NCBI GenBank assembly: GCA_934120395.1
Contig: CAKOTZ010000001.1
Location: forward strand, 63,065 to 127,064
Direction: 5' to 3'
Length of the DNA stretch: 64,000 bases
From: an uncultured Clostridia bacterium
GTDB taxonomy: Bacteria > Bacillota > Clostridia > TANB77 > CAG-508
In this document: piece by piece, positions 10,975-21,486 of the stretch
Layout of the letters: each line of letters opens with the position of its first letter
Numbering within the stretch: position 1 is the first letter of the stretch
Translations under genes and position numbers: made by a program
Notes under the pieces: generated by a model
Databases searched by the model: none
What the model was told of the DNA's origin: nothing
What the model saw: only the letters and a program-made list of their open reading frames with translations

Positions 10975-11114
10975 AATAAAAGAAAACTTAGGTAGGGTGA
11001 CCTTCCTACATCTCCTAACAAGGGTGGCGGCTGCCTGTTCCGCCCTCAGAAGTTTCCTTTATTATTATATGTTATTGTTATTTTAACATACATAATTATT
11101 TTTTTCAAGGAAAT

Positions 11115-11480
11115 TTATTTATAAATTTTTGCATAGCCATTTTTTAAATATATGTTTTTTTTCCTTTCAGTCATAACAAATAAGGTTTTAGCAAACATAG
11201 TACCTTTATTACTAATTCTTACTGCGACTAGCACAAATTCATTATTAATTTCATATTCTTTTATATATTCTATAGAACCTTGTTTTGGATTTTTTGCAAT
11301 ATAGGTTGGATTTTTAATGATATTCGCTATATCATTTCCATATTTAATATAGGCATCTAAATGTTGGCGTTTCATATGTTCTATATTGGTGTCGCCTATG
11401 ATTATAGGCATACCTTCTTGATAATCTAAGTTTAATATGTCTATAACTTTTTGACATATAACTCCAATTTGCTTATGCAT
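11115..11480 (-). CDS. Hypothetical protein (121 aa); possibly a small nuclease/toxin-like domain (uncertain)
   Basis: Clean ORF on the minus strand, convergent with spoIIE. No recognisable catalytic motif. Confidence 0.45.
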   Translation of the reverse strand: MHKQIGVICQKVIDILNLDYQEGMPIIIGDTNIEHMKRQHLDAYIKYGNDIANIIKNPTYIAKNPKQGSIEYIKEYEINNEFVLVAVRISNKGTMFAKTLFVMTERKKNIYLKNGYAKIYK

Positions 11481-11512
11481 TAGTATCCTTTCATAATTCC
11501 CCCAAGTTAAAA

Positions 11513-12242
11513 TTAACTTAATATAGTAATGGCATGCAGGTCTTTTAAATCATTGCTTTTCATAGTAATAACATGGTTACCATTAGTATCTTGAGTATAA
11601 AGACAAGCAATTTTATCACCTAATAAGCATTGCTTCTTGTACATAACTTCGATATTATGAAAAGTAATAGAATTATATACATCGTCTGGTAAAGCTTCCA
11701 AAGCAAAATCAATATAATTCAGGTTATTAACATGATTATTTGTATCTAAATCTCTCCTTAGAATAGTATAATCAAAGCGCCTAGAATAGTCTAAATCGGG
11801 TTCTTTAAGCTTTTCAATTTCTGTATCAAAAACTCTAACATTAACAGGACCATAAGCACTAATAACTTCAGGGCTAATTCTAGCAATGCTTCTATCATTT
11901 GCATTAATTAAAACCCATTTAGAACTTGCAATAGCAATACGGCTTCCGAGTATTATCGATTATTTCAAAATCACGAAAACTATATAATTTTGTGGAACAT
12001 CTGGTCCAAGTACGAATATGAATAGCTTCGCCAGTTCGTGGGTATCTATCAACATGGACTTTCCAATTTAAAATAAGCCATGTAAGATTAGTAGTAGGAA
12101 TATCATTTAATCCATAACCTGCCTTATTAGAATGTAATGTTGCAGCATCTAATAGATACTTCAATAAGCCTTTTAAAGTTATGTAATTATTTTTATCAAC
12201 GTCCTCATAACGGACACGTATATCAACATTAACAAATCCCAT
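11513..12242 (-). pseudogene. Acyl-ACP thioesterase (double hotdog fold) interrupted by a single frameshift near 11919-11950
   Basis: The N-terminal frame MGFVNVDIRVRYEDVD...FRDFEIIDNTRKPYCYCKF* stops at 11919. A second frame opens from about 11945 and reads LGSRIAIASSKWVLINANDRS...YIDFALEALPDD...ITILS. Total length of about 243 aa matches FatA-like thioesterases. Removing the g at 11948 (+ strand), which is a C before GGA on the coding strand, fuses the two frames. Confidence 0.6.
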
Positions 12243-12317
12243 ATATACCTCCCGTAATATAAAATTAAATAATATTATAGCATAAATATTGTAATTATGC
12301 ACGAAAAATGATATATT

Positions 12318-13874
12318 ATGTATGAAAAAATGAAAAAATACGGAGGTGCTAAACTTTTGGGTGGAAAAAGATACGAAGAAGAACCAAAGCTAAACATGAA
12401 AAAGGTAATTGGAGTAATTGTAGGAATTGCAGTAGTTGTAATGTTTATAATTACTTTAACTAAACTGCTAAAAGATGGTGAAAATAAACCAACAAAAGTA
12501 GAAGAAGTAAATTATTTTGCTGTATATACACAAGATAAATGGGGAGTAATAAATAATAAGGGAGAAATAGTAGTAGAACCAAGCTATGAGGAAATGATAC
12601 TAATACCAGACCATACCAAGCCAGTATTCCTATGTACATATAATGTAGACTACAACACACAAACATACAAAACGAAAGCAATAAATGAAAACGGAGAAGA
12701 AATATTAAGTGGATATGATTCAATAGAAGCTATAAGTAATCAAAACAGTAAAGACCAAATTTGGTGTGAAAAAGATGTGTTTAAGGTAAGTAAAAATGGA
12801 AAATATGGAGTAATAAACAGCAAAGGAAAAGAAATACTTGCATGTGACTATGAAGAAATCAATGCTTTAAATGGAGTTGAAGGATATCTTGTAAATAAAA
12901 GAGATGGCAAAGTTGGACTTTGTAATCTTTTTGGAAATGTTGTAATAGAAAATCAGTATAAAGATATAAAAGCTATTAGCGAGGAGAACAAGCAGGAGTT
13001 TATTATTCAAGACAACGATGGAAAATATGGAATTGCTTCAAATGATAAGAAAAACATTATAGATCCGACTTACGAAGCTATTGCACAAGTAAATACAAAA
13101 AATATTTATGTTGTAAAAGAAAATGGGAAATGGTCTATTATAAATCAACAAAAAGATGTATTAGTAAATGGAGACATGTTTGACGAAGTAAAAGAAATAA
13201 ATGAAGCAAATATAGTCATAAAAAAAGACAAAAAATATGGAATTATAAATACTGATGGAGAGGAAAAAGTAAAAACACAATATGATGACTTAACTATTGC
13301 AAGTGGAGAATACTATATAGCAAAAAAAGATGGGCAATATGGAGTAATTGATTTAAGTGGACAAACAAAATTAGAATTTAGATATAAAAATTTATCTTAT
13401 ATAAAAACAGCCAACATATATATTGGAGATACAGAAGGAGCGCAATCCGATTTTCTAAATGATGTATTTGATATAAAAACACAGGGAATTTTATCAAAAA
13501 TGGATACAGATAAAGGTTATATGAGAATAAAACAAGCAGGAGAATATAAATATTATAACTTTAAATTTGAAGAAAAGAAAAATACAGAAGTGTTTCCTAA
13601 AAATACATTATTCTTAACAAAACAAAATGGAAAATATGGATACATTAACAATAAAGGTGAAATAGTAGTAGAATGCCAATACGATGATGCCACAGAACAA
13701 AACGAATATGGATTTGTTAGTGTTAATAAAGATGGAAAATGGGGAAGTCTAAATAAAGAAGGAAAAGTAGTAGCTGAGACAAGTAATGATTTAAAAAACA
13801 ATGAAAAGGTAGACTTTATAGGAAAATGGCATTTAGGAGTTGCTATAGAGGCTGACTATTATACAGATATATAA
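12318..13874 (+). CDS. WG-repeat (KWGxIN/YGxIN beta-repeat) protein with an N-terminal membrane anchor. The start is uncertain: alternative TTG at 12356 or ATG near 12396
   Basis: More than 10 repeats of the type GKYGVINxKGExxxxxxYDxI. N-terminal TM IGVIVGIAVVVMFIITL. Paralog of 58696..60435. Confidence 0.7.
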   Translation: MYEKMKKYGGAKLLGGKRYEEEPKLNMKKVIGVIVGIAVVVMFIITLTKLLKDGENKPTKVEEVNYFAVYTQDKWGVINNKGEIVVEPSYEEMILIPDHTKPVFLCTYNVDYNTQTYKTKAINENGEEILSGYDSIEAISNQNSKDQIWCEKDVFKVSKNGKYGVINSKGKEILACDYEEINALNGVEGYLVNKRDGKVGLCNLFGNVVIENQYKDIKAISEENKQEFIIQDNDGKYGIASNDKKNIIDPTYEAIAQVNTKNIYVVKENGKWSIINQQKDVLVNGDMFDEVKEINEANIVIKKDKKYGIINTDGEEKVKTQYDDLTIASGEYYIAKKDGQYGVIDLSGQTKLEFRYKNLSYIKTANIYIGDTEGAQSDFLNDVFDIKTQGILSKMDTDKGYMRIKQAGEYKYYNFKFEEKKNTEVFPKNTLFLTKQNGKYGYINNKGEIVVECQYDDATEQNEYGFVSVNKDGKWGSLNKEGKVVAETSNDLKNNEKVDFIGKWHLGVAIEADYYTDI

Positions 13875-13950
13875 CACAAAAAAGTAATAGCATACCTCAA
13901 AAGTATGCTATTACTTCTTTTACAAAGAAGATACTAAAGAGGGAGAAAAT

Positions 13951-15177
13951 ATGGAACTAAAACCAAAATATCAATATACATATTTTATAAAGCCTTTTTA
14001 TATAGAAGGGGAAAAATATGAAAGTTATTTAATTAATATACTAAAAAATAAAAAGATGAGCTTAAAAATATGGGAAAAAGAAAAAGATTTTGAAGTATAT
14101 TCATACTTTGAACCTGAATTGCGAGATAAAATATTTGCAAGTTTCCAATATTCTAAAGAAAAAATAAGCAAATTAGAAAAAACAGATGAATTCACATTAG
14201 CAAAAATTTTAAGAAAACAGCCATGTGTACATTTTACATATATGCTAGAAGAAGATACACCAGGGAAAATAGGAGAAGAAAATGGCATTTTCTTTGGAGT
14301 AAGAAATATAGACGTAGTATGTTTCAACACAGGTATATGTTTTATATTAATAAAAACATACATTGAAGATTTAAAAAGCTTTTCAGATGTCTTAAACTTT
14401 AATTATAAATTTAGAGACATAAGCTCTAAATATGCAAATTTGAAAGAATATGAAAGAATTAATATACAAACAAGTAATTTTCATACTAATCAAGAATTAA
14501 GTGACTTTATAAGAAAAATAACAGGTGTATCTGAGAAAAAACAAGATAGTAAATACTATGTTTATGCTTATACTTGTTTAGATGGAGAAAGTTGGAATGA
14601 TAAAGTAAAATTTGAAGATATACAAACAGAATTTTATAAATACAGGGAAATTTTACCAAGTAACTATAATGTTGATTGGAGTGCAAAAAAAAGTGATAAT
14701 ACAATAGATAAATGGGAATATGCACGCTTTGGGTTTAGTAAAAATGCGAGTGTATTATTAACGTCAAATTTAAATGCTTATCATTATACTAAATTGCCTT
14801 TTGAATATGAAAATCAGTATTTGTATACTTTTTTACTAGCTTTATATGAAAGATTATATTTAAAAAAGTTAAATAAAGAACTGAAAAGTAACAATAATAT
14901 AAAAAAAATAAAAAGTAATTTTCAAAACTTTATGAAGGTATTGTGGTCACAAGAAATAACAGAAGACGAAATGGGAACAATGTTTTATAATAAATTAAGA
15001 GAATGTTTTGAATTAGATAATTTATATTTGGAAACATTGAACGCATACGATTGGGCTTATAAGGAAAAAAACACAAATAAAACAAAAAGAAATAATTGTA
15101 TTTTGTGGGGAACAATAGGTATTTGTTTAGTGTTGAATATAATTAATTTAATAGTGTTAATAATGTTACAAAAATAG
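13951..15177 (+). CDS. Hypothetical protein (408 aa) with a C-terminal TM helix
   Basis: Clean ORF. C-terminus CILWGTIGICLVLNIINLIVLIMLQK. No recognisable domain. Confidence 0.55.
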   Translation: MELKPKYQYTYFIKPFYIEGEKYESYLINILKNKKMSLKIWEKEKDFEVYSYFEPELRDKIFASFQYSKEKISKLEKTDEFTLAKILRKQPCVHFTYMLEEDTPGKIGEENGIFFGVRNIDVVCFNTGICFILIKTYIEDLKSFSDVLNFNYKFRDISSKYANLKEYERINIQTSNFHTNQELSDFIRKITGVSEKKQDSKYYVYAYTCLDGESWNDKVKFEDIQTEFYKYREILPSNYNVDWSAKKSDNTIDKWEYARFGFSKNASVLLTSNLNAYHYTKLPFEYENQYLYTFLLALYERLYLKKLNKELKSNNNIKKIKSNFQNFMKVLWSQEITEDEMGTMFYNKLRECFELDNLYLETLNAYDWAYKEKNTNKTKRNNCILWGTIGICLVLNIINLIVLIMLQK

Positions 15178-15190
15178 AAGGAGAATCACA

Positions 15191-15565
15191 ATGAAAATAG
15201 CTTGTGGAACGGATATAATTGAGATTGAAAGAGTAAGAAAATCAATTGAAAACATTGGAGAAAAATTTTTAGAAGAAATATACACAAAAAATGAGATAGC
15301 ATATTGTGAAAGTAAAAGAAGGGCAAAATATCAACACTATGCAGCAAGATTTGCCGCTAAGGAAGCGACTTTTAAAGCTGTAAATAATTTTTTAGAAAAT
15401 AAATTTAGCATATCATGGAAAAACATAGAGGTTGTAAATGATGATAAAGGAAAACCTGACTTAAGATTTATAAATAAAGAATTCTCGCAAATAATTTCCA
15501 TGGATATCAGTATTTCACACTGCAAAGAGTATGCAGTAGCAAATGTGGTTATATTATATAATTAA
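15191..15565 (+). CDS. acpS: Holo-[acyl-carrier-protein] synthase (4'-phosphopantetheinyl transferase)
   Basis: MKIACGTDIIEIERV... with a 124 aa length typical of AcpS. Confidence 0.85.
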   Translation: MKIACGTDIIEIERVRKSIENIGEKFLEEIYTKNEIAYCESKRRAKYQHYAARFAAKEATFKAVNNFLENKFSISWKNIEVVNDDKGKPDLRFINKEFSQIISMDISISHCKEYAVANVVILYN

Positions 15566-15578
15566 AAGGAGGGGAGAA

Positions 15579-16346
15579 ATGAAACTATTTGACTCACATG
15601 CACACTATAATGACGAAAAATTCGAAGAAGATAGAGAGCAAATTCTAAGAGAAATTAGACAAGAGAATGTTGAAAGAGTTGTAGTTGCAGGGTATAATCT
15701 AGAATCTTCAATAAAAGCTGTAGAAATAGCTAATACACACCCAAATATATATGCAACAGTTGGAATATCACCTAATGATTTAGATGATAATTTAGATTTA
15801 AAGCAAATTGAGAATCTAGCTAAAGACAGGAAAGTAGTGGCAATTGGAGAAATCGGTTTAGATTACTATTGGAACAAAGAAAATAAGGAAGAGCAGAAAA
15901 AGGTTTTTAAGCAACAAATTGAGCTTGCCAATAAATTAGAATTGCCTATAGTTATTCATACAAGAGAAGCTGTTAATGATACCATAGACATTATAAAAAA
16001 TAAAATAAAGAGCAAAAAAACAGGAATATTTCATTGTTGCCCAATGAATGTTGAACTGATAAAAGAAGCAATAAAGCTTGGATATTATATATCTTTTTCT
16101 GGGAATATAACGTTTAAAAATGCCAAAAATGCAGATAAATGTATAGAAATTGTGCCAAATAATAAATTACTAATTGAAACAGATAGTCCTTATATGAGTC
16201 CAGAACCATATAGGGGAAGAAGAAATGATTCGAGAAAAGTTGTATATGTTGCTGAAAAAATAGCGCAAGTTAAACATGTAAGCTTAGAAGAGATTGCAGA
16301 AATAACCTACACAAATGCAAATAAAATATTTGAAATAAAATATTGA
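15579..16346 (+). CDS. tatD: TatD-family metal-dependent DNase/hydrolase
   Basis: MKLFDSHAHYND..., IGEIGLDYYW, IHTREA and ETDSPY motifs. The start was moved to the internal ATG at 15579 behind an RBS. Confidence 0.85.
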   Translation: MKLFDSHAHYNDEKFEEDREQILREIRQENVERVVVAGYNLESSIKAVEIANTHPNIYATVGISPNDLDDNLDLKQIENLAKDRKVVAIGEIGLDYYWNKENKEEQKKVFKQQIELANKLELPIVIHTREAVNDTIDIIKNKIKSKKTGIFHCCPMNVELIKEAIKLGYYISFSGNITFKNAKNADKCIEIVPNNKLLIETDSPYMSPEPYRGRRNDSRKVVYVAEKIAQVKHVSLEEIAEITYTNANKIFEIKY

Positions 16347-16434
16347 AATATTTGTAAATATATGCTAGAATAGCTAAAGTGCTAATTTATTATTAAGACT
16401 AAAATTAGTCTTAAAAGACAGGAGGAAGAGTGTC

Positions 16435-16854
16435 ATGATGGGCAAGGTGTTGAAAGTACGGTTTTGGAGGGTAATGATCATGGTTGTTGCAATTTGTGTT
16501 TGCAATGCTTGGTCAGGAGAAGCTGCCGAAAGGCAAAATGTGGATCAAAAATTGGAAGACTATGTTGGACAATTGGAGGTTAGCATTATTACAAAACAGC
16601 ACAAAGACTTTATAATGAAAGAAATTGATGAAGTTGGAACTGTTGTACTTGGCTTCCACTCAAAACCTGCTGCAGAAATCGTTTCTGAGGTATTTACTGA
16701 TGAAAGAAAAGAACTAATATGTAAAATATTAGAAAAGGTTGAGCTCAGCAAACATCCTAAGCTTAGCTATTTAGATTCACCAGAAGTAGAAATTCAGAAA
16801 TTTGTGCTTATAATGGCCCAAAATAATCAAGTCTTACGTGATTTACTCATATAG
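16435..16854 (+). CDS. Hypothetical secreted/membrane-anchored protein (139 aa). Local GC is noticeably higher than the surroundings
   Basis: Strong RBS aggagg. Signal-like N-terminus VMIMVVAICVCNAWSGEAAE. GC about 40% versus about 27% for neighbours. Confidence 0.5.
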   Translation: MMGKVLKVRFWRVMIMVVAICVCNAWSGEAAERQNVDQKLEDYVGQLEVSIITKQHKDFIMKEIDEVGTVVLGFHSKPAAEIVSEVFTDERKELICKILEKVELSKHPKLSYLDSPEVEIQKFVLIMAQNNQVLRDLLI

Positions 16855-16914
16855 AGTTATCACAATAGACACACAAAAAAATAACCGAGGATATTTTCCT
16901 AGGTTATTTTTCCT

Positions 16915-17796
16915 TTATTTAATGTTCTTTAACGCTTCAATTCTTGCTTCAATTGGTGGATGTGTTGAAAACCAATCAGTTTTTTTCTTGTTTCCTTTAA
17001 ATGGATTTGAAATATACATGTGCGCAGTAGAAGTATTTGCTACTTCTAAAGGTTCTTGGTCATCATTTAATTTTTGCAATGCAGAAATTAAACCTTGAGG
17101 ATTTCTTGTAAATTCAATTGCTGTAGCATCAGCTAAATATTCTCTACGTCTAGAAATAGCAAGTTGCATTAGTGTTGCAAAAATAGGTGATAAGATTAAT
17201 AAAATAAGTCCAATAATCATAACAATTGGGTTTCTATCTCTGTCGTCACTATCTCCTGAACCCCAAAAAAGGGCTCTAGAGCATATATCTTGCAACATTA
17301 CAACTAATCCAACCATAACAGTTACTACAGCAGAAAGACGAATATCATAGTTTTTAATATGCGCAAGCTCATGGGCTATAACACCTTCAAGTTCATAGTA
17401 ATCCATTTTTTCTAATAAACCAGTAGTAACACAAATAACAGCATGTTGAGGATCTCTTCCAGTTGCAAAAGCATTAGGTTGAGCTTCATCCATTACATAT
17501 AATTTTGGCTTAGATTCTAAACCAGCAGATACTACTAATGCATCTAAAATGTTAACTAATTTTTGGTCTTCTTCATGAGTGGCAGGTCTAGCCTTATTCA
17601 TTGACAAAACAATTTTATCAGAATTGTAATAAGATGCCCAAGCTGAAATAATTGAAAAAACAAGTGCAATTACAATAGAAGAAGGACCAAAGTCAAAATA
17701 TATACAAACATAATAAAGAATTAAAGTAATAACTGCAATAAAACAAGAAACAATAAAACCTGTTTTTAATTTGTTTCGTTTAATATCTTCAAACAT
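16915..17796 (-). CDS. htpX: Zinc metalloprotease HtpX (M48 family)
   Basis: HELAH zinc-binding motif, N-terminal TM helices, 293 aa. Confidence 0.85.
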   Translation of the reverse strand: MFEDIKRNKLKTGFIVSCFIAVITLILYYVCIYFDFGPSSIVIALVFSIISAWASYYNSDKIVLSMNKARPATHEEDQKLVNILDALVVSAGLESKPKLYVMDEAQPNAFATGRDPQHAVICVTTGLLEKMDYYELEGVIAHELAHIKNYDIRLSAVVTVMVGLVVMLQDICSRALFWGSGDSDDRDRNPIVMIIGLILLILSPIFATLMQLAISRRREYLADATAIEFTRNPQGLISALQKLNDDQEPLEVANTSTAHMYISNPFKGNKKKTDWFSTHPPIEARIEALKNIK

Positions 17797-17811
17797 AATT
17801 TTGCCCCTTAA

Positions 17812-18369
17812 TTAGTTGTTAAAATCAATCTTAATATTGTTTTTTACCTCAGCATTATCTACTTGAAATAATTCCTCAGGCTTAAATTTAAACATTGAAG
17901 CAATAATGTTAGAAGGTACAACTTCTAATTTTGTGTTATACATTGTTACACTATCATTGTAAAATTGTCTAGAAAAAGCAATTTTATTTTCTGTATTTCT
18001 CAATTCTTCTTGTAATTCAGAAAAATTTTGATTTGCTTTTAAATCGGGATAGTTTTCAGCAACAGCCATAATTGATTTTAAGGATTCAGATAATTTGTTA
18101 TCTAAATCAGCTTTTTCACCAATTGTTTTAGCATTTGCCCAAGAAGTTCTAAGCTCAGTAACTTGAGTTAAAACATTTTTTTCATGTTGCATATAGCCTT
18201 TTACAGCTTCAACCAAATTAGGTATTAAATCAAATCTCCTTTGCAATTGGACATCAATTTGACTCCATGCATTTTTTACTTTTTGTCTTGATTGTACAAG
18301 TCCATTATAAAGACCAATAATGGCAATGATTAATACAACAATGACAGCTATTATAATTAATGCTACCAT
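17812..18369 (-). CDS. lemA: LemA family membrane protein
   Basis: N-terminal TM followed by ...[18 protein letters not shown]..., typical of LemA. Confidence 0.8.
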   Translation of the reverse strand: MVALIIIAVIVVLIIAIIGLYNGLVQSRQKVKNAWSQIDVQLQRRFDLIPNLVEAVKGYMQHEKNVLTQVTELRTSWANAKTIGEKADLDNKLSESLKSIMAVAENYPDLKANQNFSELQEELRNTENKIAFSRQFYNDSVTMYNTKLEVVPSNIIASMFKFKPEELFQVDNAEVKNNIKIDFNN

Positions 18370-18586
18370 AAATTTCCTCCTTTTATTTTTCTATCTAATC
18401 TATAGATACCAATATCTTACCATAGTTTATTTCATTCTACAAGAAATATGTGTGCATTTAATGGATTTTATGTATGATTTTTATGACTTTTGACTTGCTA
18501 TAATGAAACATGAAAAGCTGTTGAATAAAAAAATAAAAAATGCTATACTATAATTAAGGTTAAAAAGGCAATAAAGGGGGAAAACA

Positions 18587-19435
18587 ATGGAAAAAAGATA
18601 TATTTTGTATGTCCTAATAGTTATTGTGTGTATAATTGCATTGGGGATAGGTGTTTATGCACAGATATTTTATAAAAATGCAGATACAGATAAACTAATG
18701 GTAGGAGCTACAGCAAACCAAACGCAAATAAGTCAAGTTAATCAAACTGAAGAGAAAATAAAGACTGAATTCAACAATATTTTTACAAACACACTTAATT
18801 ACGTAAATAAAAACATAAAAACTACAGCAACAAGAAGAGATATGAGTAAAGATTTGGTTTATACAAGTAACCAAGTATCTAAAACGGAAAAAGGTAAATA
18901 TGAAATGAATATAAACATACCAACAGTAAACATTGTAAGTGACAATGCTGAACAAATAAACGACGAAATAGAAAAAATATTTGTTACAAAGGCAACAAGT
19001 ATTTTAAGTACAAATGGAGCAGCATATACTATATATAATATAGACTACATTGCCTATGTAAACAATAATATTTTATCATTGGCAATTAGGGCAACATTAA
19101 AAGAAGGAGATAATCCTCAAAGAGTTATGTTTATGACATACAACTATAACCTGGAAAATGGAAGTATTCTAACACTAAATGATATAATGCAAGCAAAAGG
19201 ATTATCAAATTCGACTGTACAAAATAAAATTACAAAAGAAATAAAGGAAATAAGTAAAAAAACAGAAGACTTAAAAAACATTGGATACACGGTATATAGC
19301 AGAAATGCAGATGACAGTATGTACAAGTTAGAAAATACAAAATCGTATTTTATTGGGGAAAATTCATATTTATACATATTATATCCTTATGGTAATACCA
19401 ATAATACAAGTGAAGTTGACATTGTGGTATTCTAA
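18587..19435 (+). CDS. Hypothetical membrane-anchored extracellular protein (possibly DUF4163/DUF3298-like)
   Basis: N-terminal TM ILYVLIVIVCIIALGIGVYA. The remainder is hydrophilic. Confidence 0.5.
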   Translation: MEKRYILYVLIVIVCIIALGIGVYAQIFYKNADTDKLMVGATANQTQISQVNQTEEKIKTEFNNIFTNTLNYVNKNIKTTATRRDMSKDLVYTSNQVSKTEKGKYEMNINIPTVNIVSDNAEQINDEIEKIFVTKATSILSTNGAAYTIYNIDYIAYVNNNILSLAIRATLKEGDNPQRVMFMTYNYNLENGSILTLNDIMQAKGLSNSTVQNKITKEIKEISKKTEDLKNIGYTVYSRNADDSMYKLENTKSYFIGENSYLYILYPYGNTNNTSEVDIVVF

Positions 19436-19440
19436 AAACA

Positions 19441-19480
19441 AAAAAATGAACGAATCTGAAAATCAGATTCGTTCATTTTT
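19441..19480. terminator. Bidirectional rho-independent terminator between convergent genes
   Basis: Perfect 14-bp stem atgaacgaatctga/tcagattcgttcat with a 3-nt loop, flanked by an A-run and a T-run. Confidence 0.65.
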
Positions 19481-19594
19481 AAAATAAAAAGGGGATGTTT
19501 TTATTTTTATGGAATCAACTTTTTGTTGATTCTTATTAATCATACATTCATATTATGTCTATTTTGTGAAATAAGTGTGACAAAACAAAGAAAA

Positions 19595-20791
19595 TTACGG
19601 CTGTTCCTCTAAGGTTAATTGAATATCCATTTCCTTGCCATCTCTAACAATTTTTAAAGTAACTGTGTCACCAATATTGTGTTCATATTTAATATTATTT
19701 AATTCATCCATAGTTTTAATTTCTTTGCCATCAATTGCAGTAATGACATCAGCAACCTTCAAGCCAGCTTTTTCAGCAGGAGAGAAGTTGCTAATTTCTT
19801 TAACATAAACACCTACTGGAATTTTATAATATTGAGATGTTTTTTCATCAACATTTGTTCCTGTAACACCTATATATGGTCTTTTTACCTTATTATATTG
19901 AATTAATTGTTGATAAATATCTGTAACAGAGTTAATAGGGATAGCAAATCCCATTCCTTCCACACCAGTAGCAGATAATTTAAGTGTATTAATACCAATT
20001 ACTTCACCCTTACTATTTACTAGTGCACCACCACTATTTCCAGAATTTATTGCAGCATCTGTTTGAATTAATTTACGAGTTCTACCATCAGAATCTGTTA
20101 TTTCACGATTAGTAGCACTGATATTTCCGCAGGTAATACTGCTTTGCATGCCAAGAGGGTTACCAACGGCCATTGCAAATTCACCAACTTGAACGCTATC
20201 AGAGTTACCAAGTTCAGCTGCAGTTAAATCTGTTTTATCAATTTTTATAACAGCAATATCTGTTAATTCATCTTGACCTACAATAGTTGCAGGATATGGT
20301 GTAGAATCATTATATAAGTACACATTTATGCTAGTTGCTTCTGAAATTTGGTAAAAAGAAGATGAACTAGAAGAACTAACAACATGATTATTAGTTAAAA
20401 TATATCCATCACTACTAATTATAATACCAGAACCTGCGCCGGTAGAAGTACTAGTAGTTCCCATAAATGATGTAACATTACTTGTTATTGAAATACCAAC
20501 AATAGATGGTAGTATTTTTTGTGCAACACTAACGGAAGTATCTGAATAATTTGAAAGAGATACATAGTTAGTATTTACTGAATTGTTAGAAGAAGTAGCT
20601 GATGTTTCAGTGCTACCAGTTTCAAACAAAGAATTTTTTATATTAGGTACACCAAAGCAAGTGCCTAATACCAAAGCAGAGCCTAGTACGCCTGATACAA
20701 AAGGTATTGCTACGCTCTTGCCAAAAGAGTGATTTTTACTCTCCTTATAATAATTATTTACTTTTTTATAAGCTTTTTCATTTTCGTCCAT
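19595..20791 (-). CDS. htrA: HtrA/DegP-family serine protease (trypsin-like domain plus PDZ)
   Basis: DGYILTNNHVV (His), DAAINSGNSGGALVN (Ser), a C-terminal PDZ and an N-terminal TM. Confidence 0.85.
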   Translation of the reverse strand: MDENEKAYKKVNNYYKESKNHSFGKSVAIPFVSGVLGSALVLGTCFGVPNIKNSLFETGSTETSATSSNNSVNTNYVSLSNYSDTSVSVAQKILPSIVGISITSNVTSFMGTTSTSTGAGSGIIISSDGYILTNNHVVSSSSSSSFYQISEATSINVYLYNDSTPYPATIVGQDELTDIAVIKIDKTDLTAAELGNSDSVQVGEFAMAVGNPLGMQSSITCGNISATNREITDSDGRTRKLIQTDAAINSGNSGGALVNSKGEVIGINTLKLSATGVEGMGFAIPINSVTDIYQQLIQYNKVKRPYIGVTGTNVDEKTSQYYKIPVGVYVKEISNFSPAEKAGLKVADVITAIDGKEIKTMDELNNIKYEHNIGDTVTLKIVRDGKEMDIQLTLEEQP

Positions 20792-20980
20792 AATAATTAA
20801 ACCTCCTAAAAATTACTAATTAATAATAGCATAACCCAATTTGTACTAATAATACAATAGCAATGTGACTGTTTTGTGAAAAAAATATGATTTAAGGTAG
20901 AAGTTATTTACAAATTTGAGATATCTATATATAATATATACGAATGCAATATTAAAGTAAGCTTAAAAATGGAGGTATTA

Positions 20981-21466
20981 ATGAAAAAAACAGGGCAAAA
21001 TGGAATTACAATAGTAGCATTGGTTATTACTATTGCTATAATTGGAATAATTGCAACAGTAGGCATTACACAAGGTAGCAATGTAATACAGAAGGCAAAT
21101 TTACAAACTTTAAATACTAATATGTTATTAGTACAAGCTAAAGAAAAAGTAATTTCTGAAAAAAATAGTTTTGATGAAGAAAACAATCCTTTAAAGGGAC
21201 AGCAATTAAATACCATAAATGGTAGTACATCAATTGAAACACTAAAAACAGCAGGAGCTATACGTGATGATGAAGAAAATTACTCATTTTATTATGTATG
21301 GAATCAAACAATTCTAGATGAATTAGGCTTGGATAGCATTAAGTTAAAGGCGGGGACATTTTTTATAGTAAATTACAAAACCGAAGAAGTAATATATTCA
21401 GCAGGATTTAAATATACAGATGGAAATACATATTATAAATTAAGTGATTTAATCAATCTAAAATAG
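20981..21466 (+). CDS. Orphan pseudopilin-like protein with a ComGC-like N-terminal domain
   Basis: MKKTGQNG|ITIVALVITIAIIGIIA resembles a type IV prepilin leader plus hydrophobic helix, but lacks the Phe+1 and Glu+5 residues. RBS ggaggt precedes the ATG at 20981. Confidence 0.5.
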   Translation: MKKTGQNGITIVALVITIAIIGIIATVGITQGSNVIQKANLQTLNTNMLLVQAKEKVISEKNSFDEENNPLKGQQLNTINGSTSIETLKTAGAIRDDEENYSFYYVWNQTILDELGLDSIKLKAGTFFIVNYKTEEVIYSAGFKYTDGNTYYKLSDLINLK

Positions 21467-21486
21467 AACTAAAAGGAATTAACAAA

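Noticed and set aside
10985-11060. Tested the GC-rich island as a tRNA
   Set aside because: A 7-bp acceptor-like pairing exists, but the T-arm would have an 8-nt loop and there are extra nucleotides before the 3' acceptor strand. No cloverleaf fits, so it is kept only as an unexplained structured element.
16838-17098. 86-aa plus-strand ORF
   Set aside because: It overlaps htpX on the opposite strand and has no RBS.
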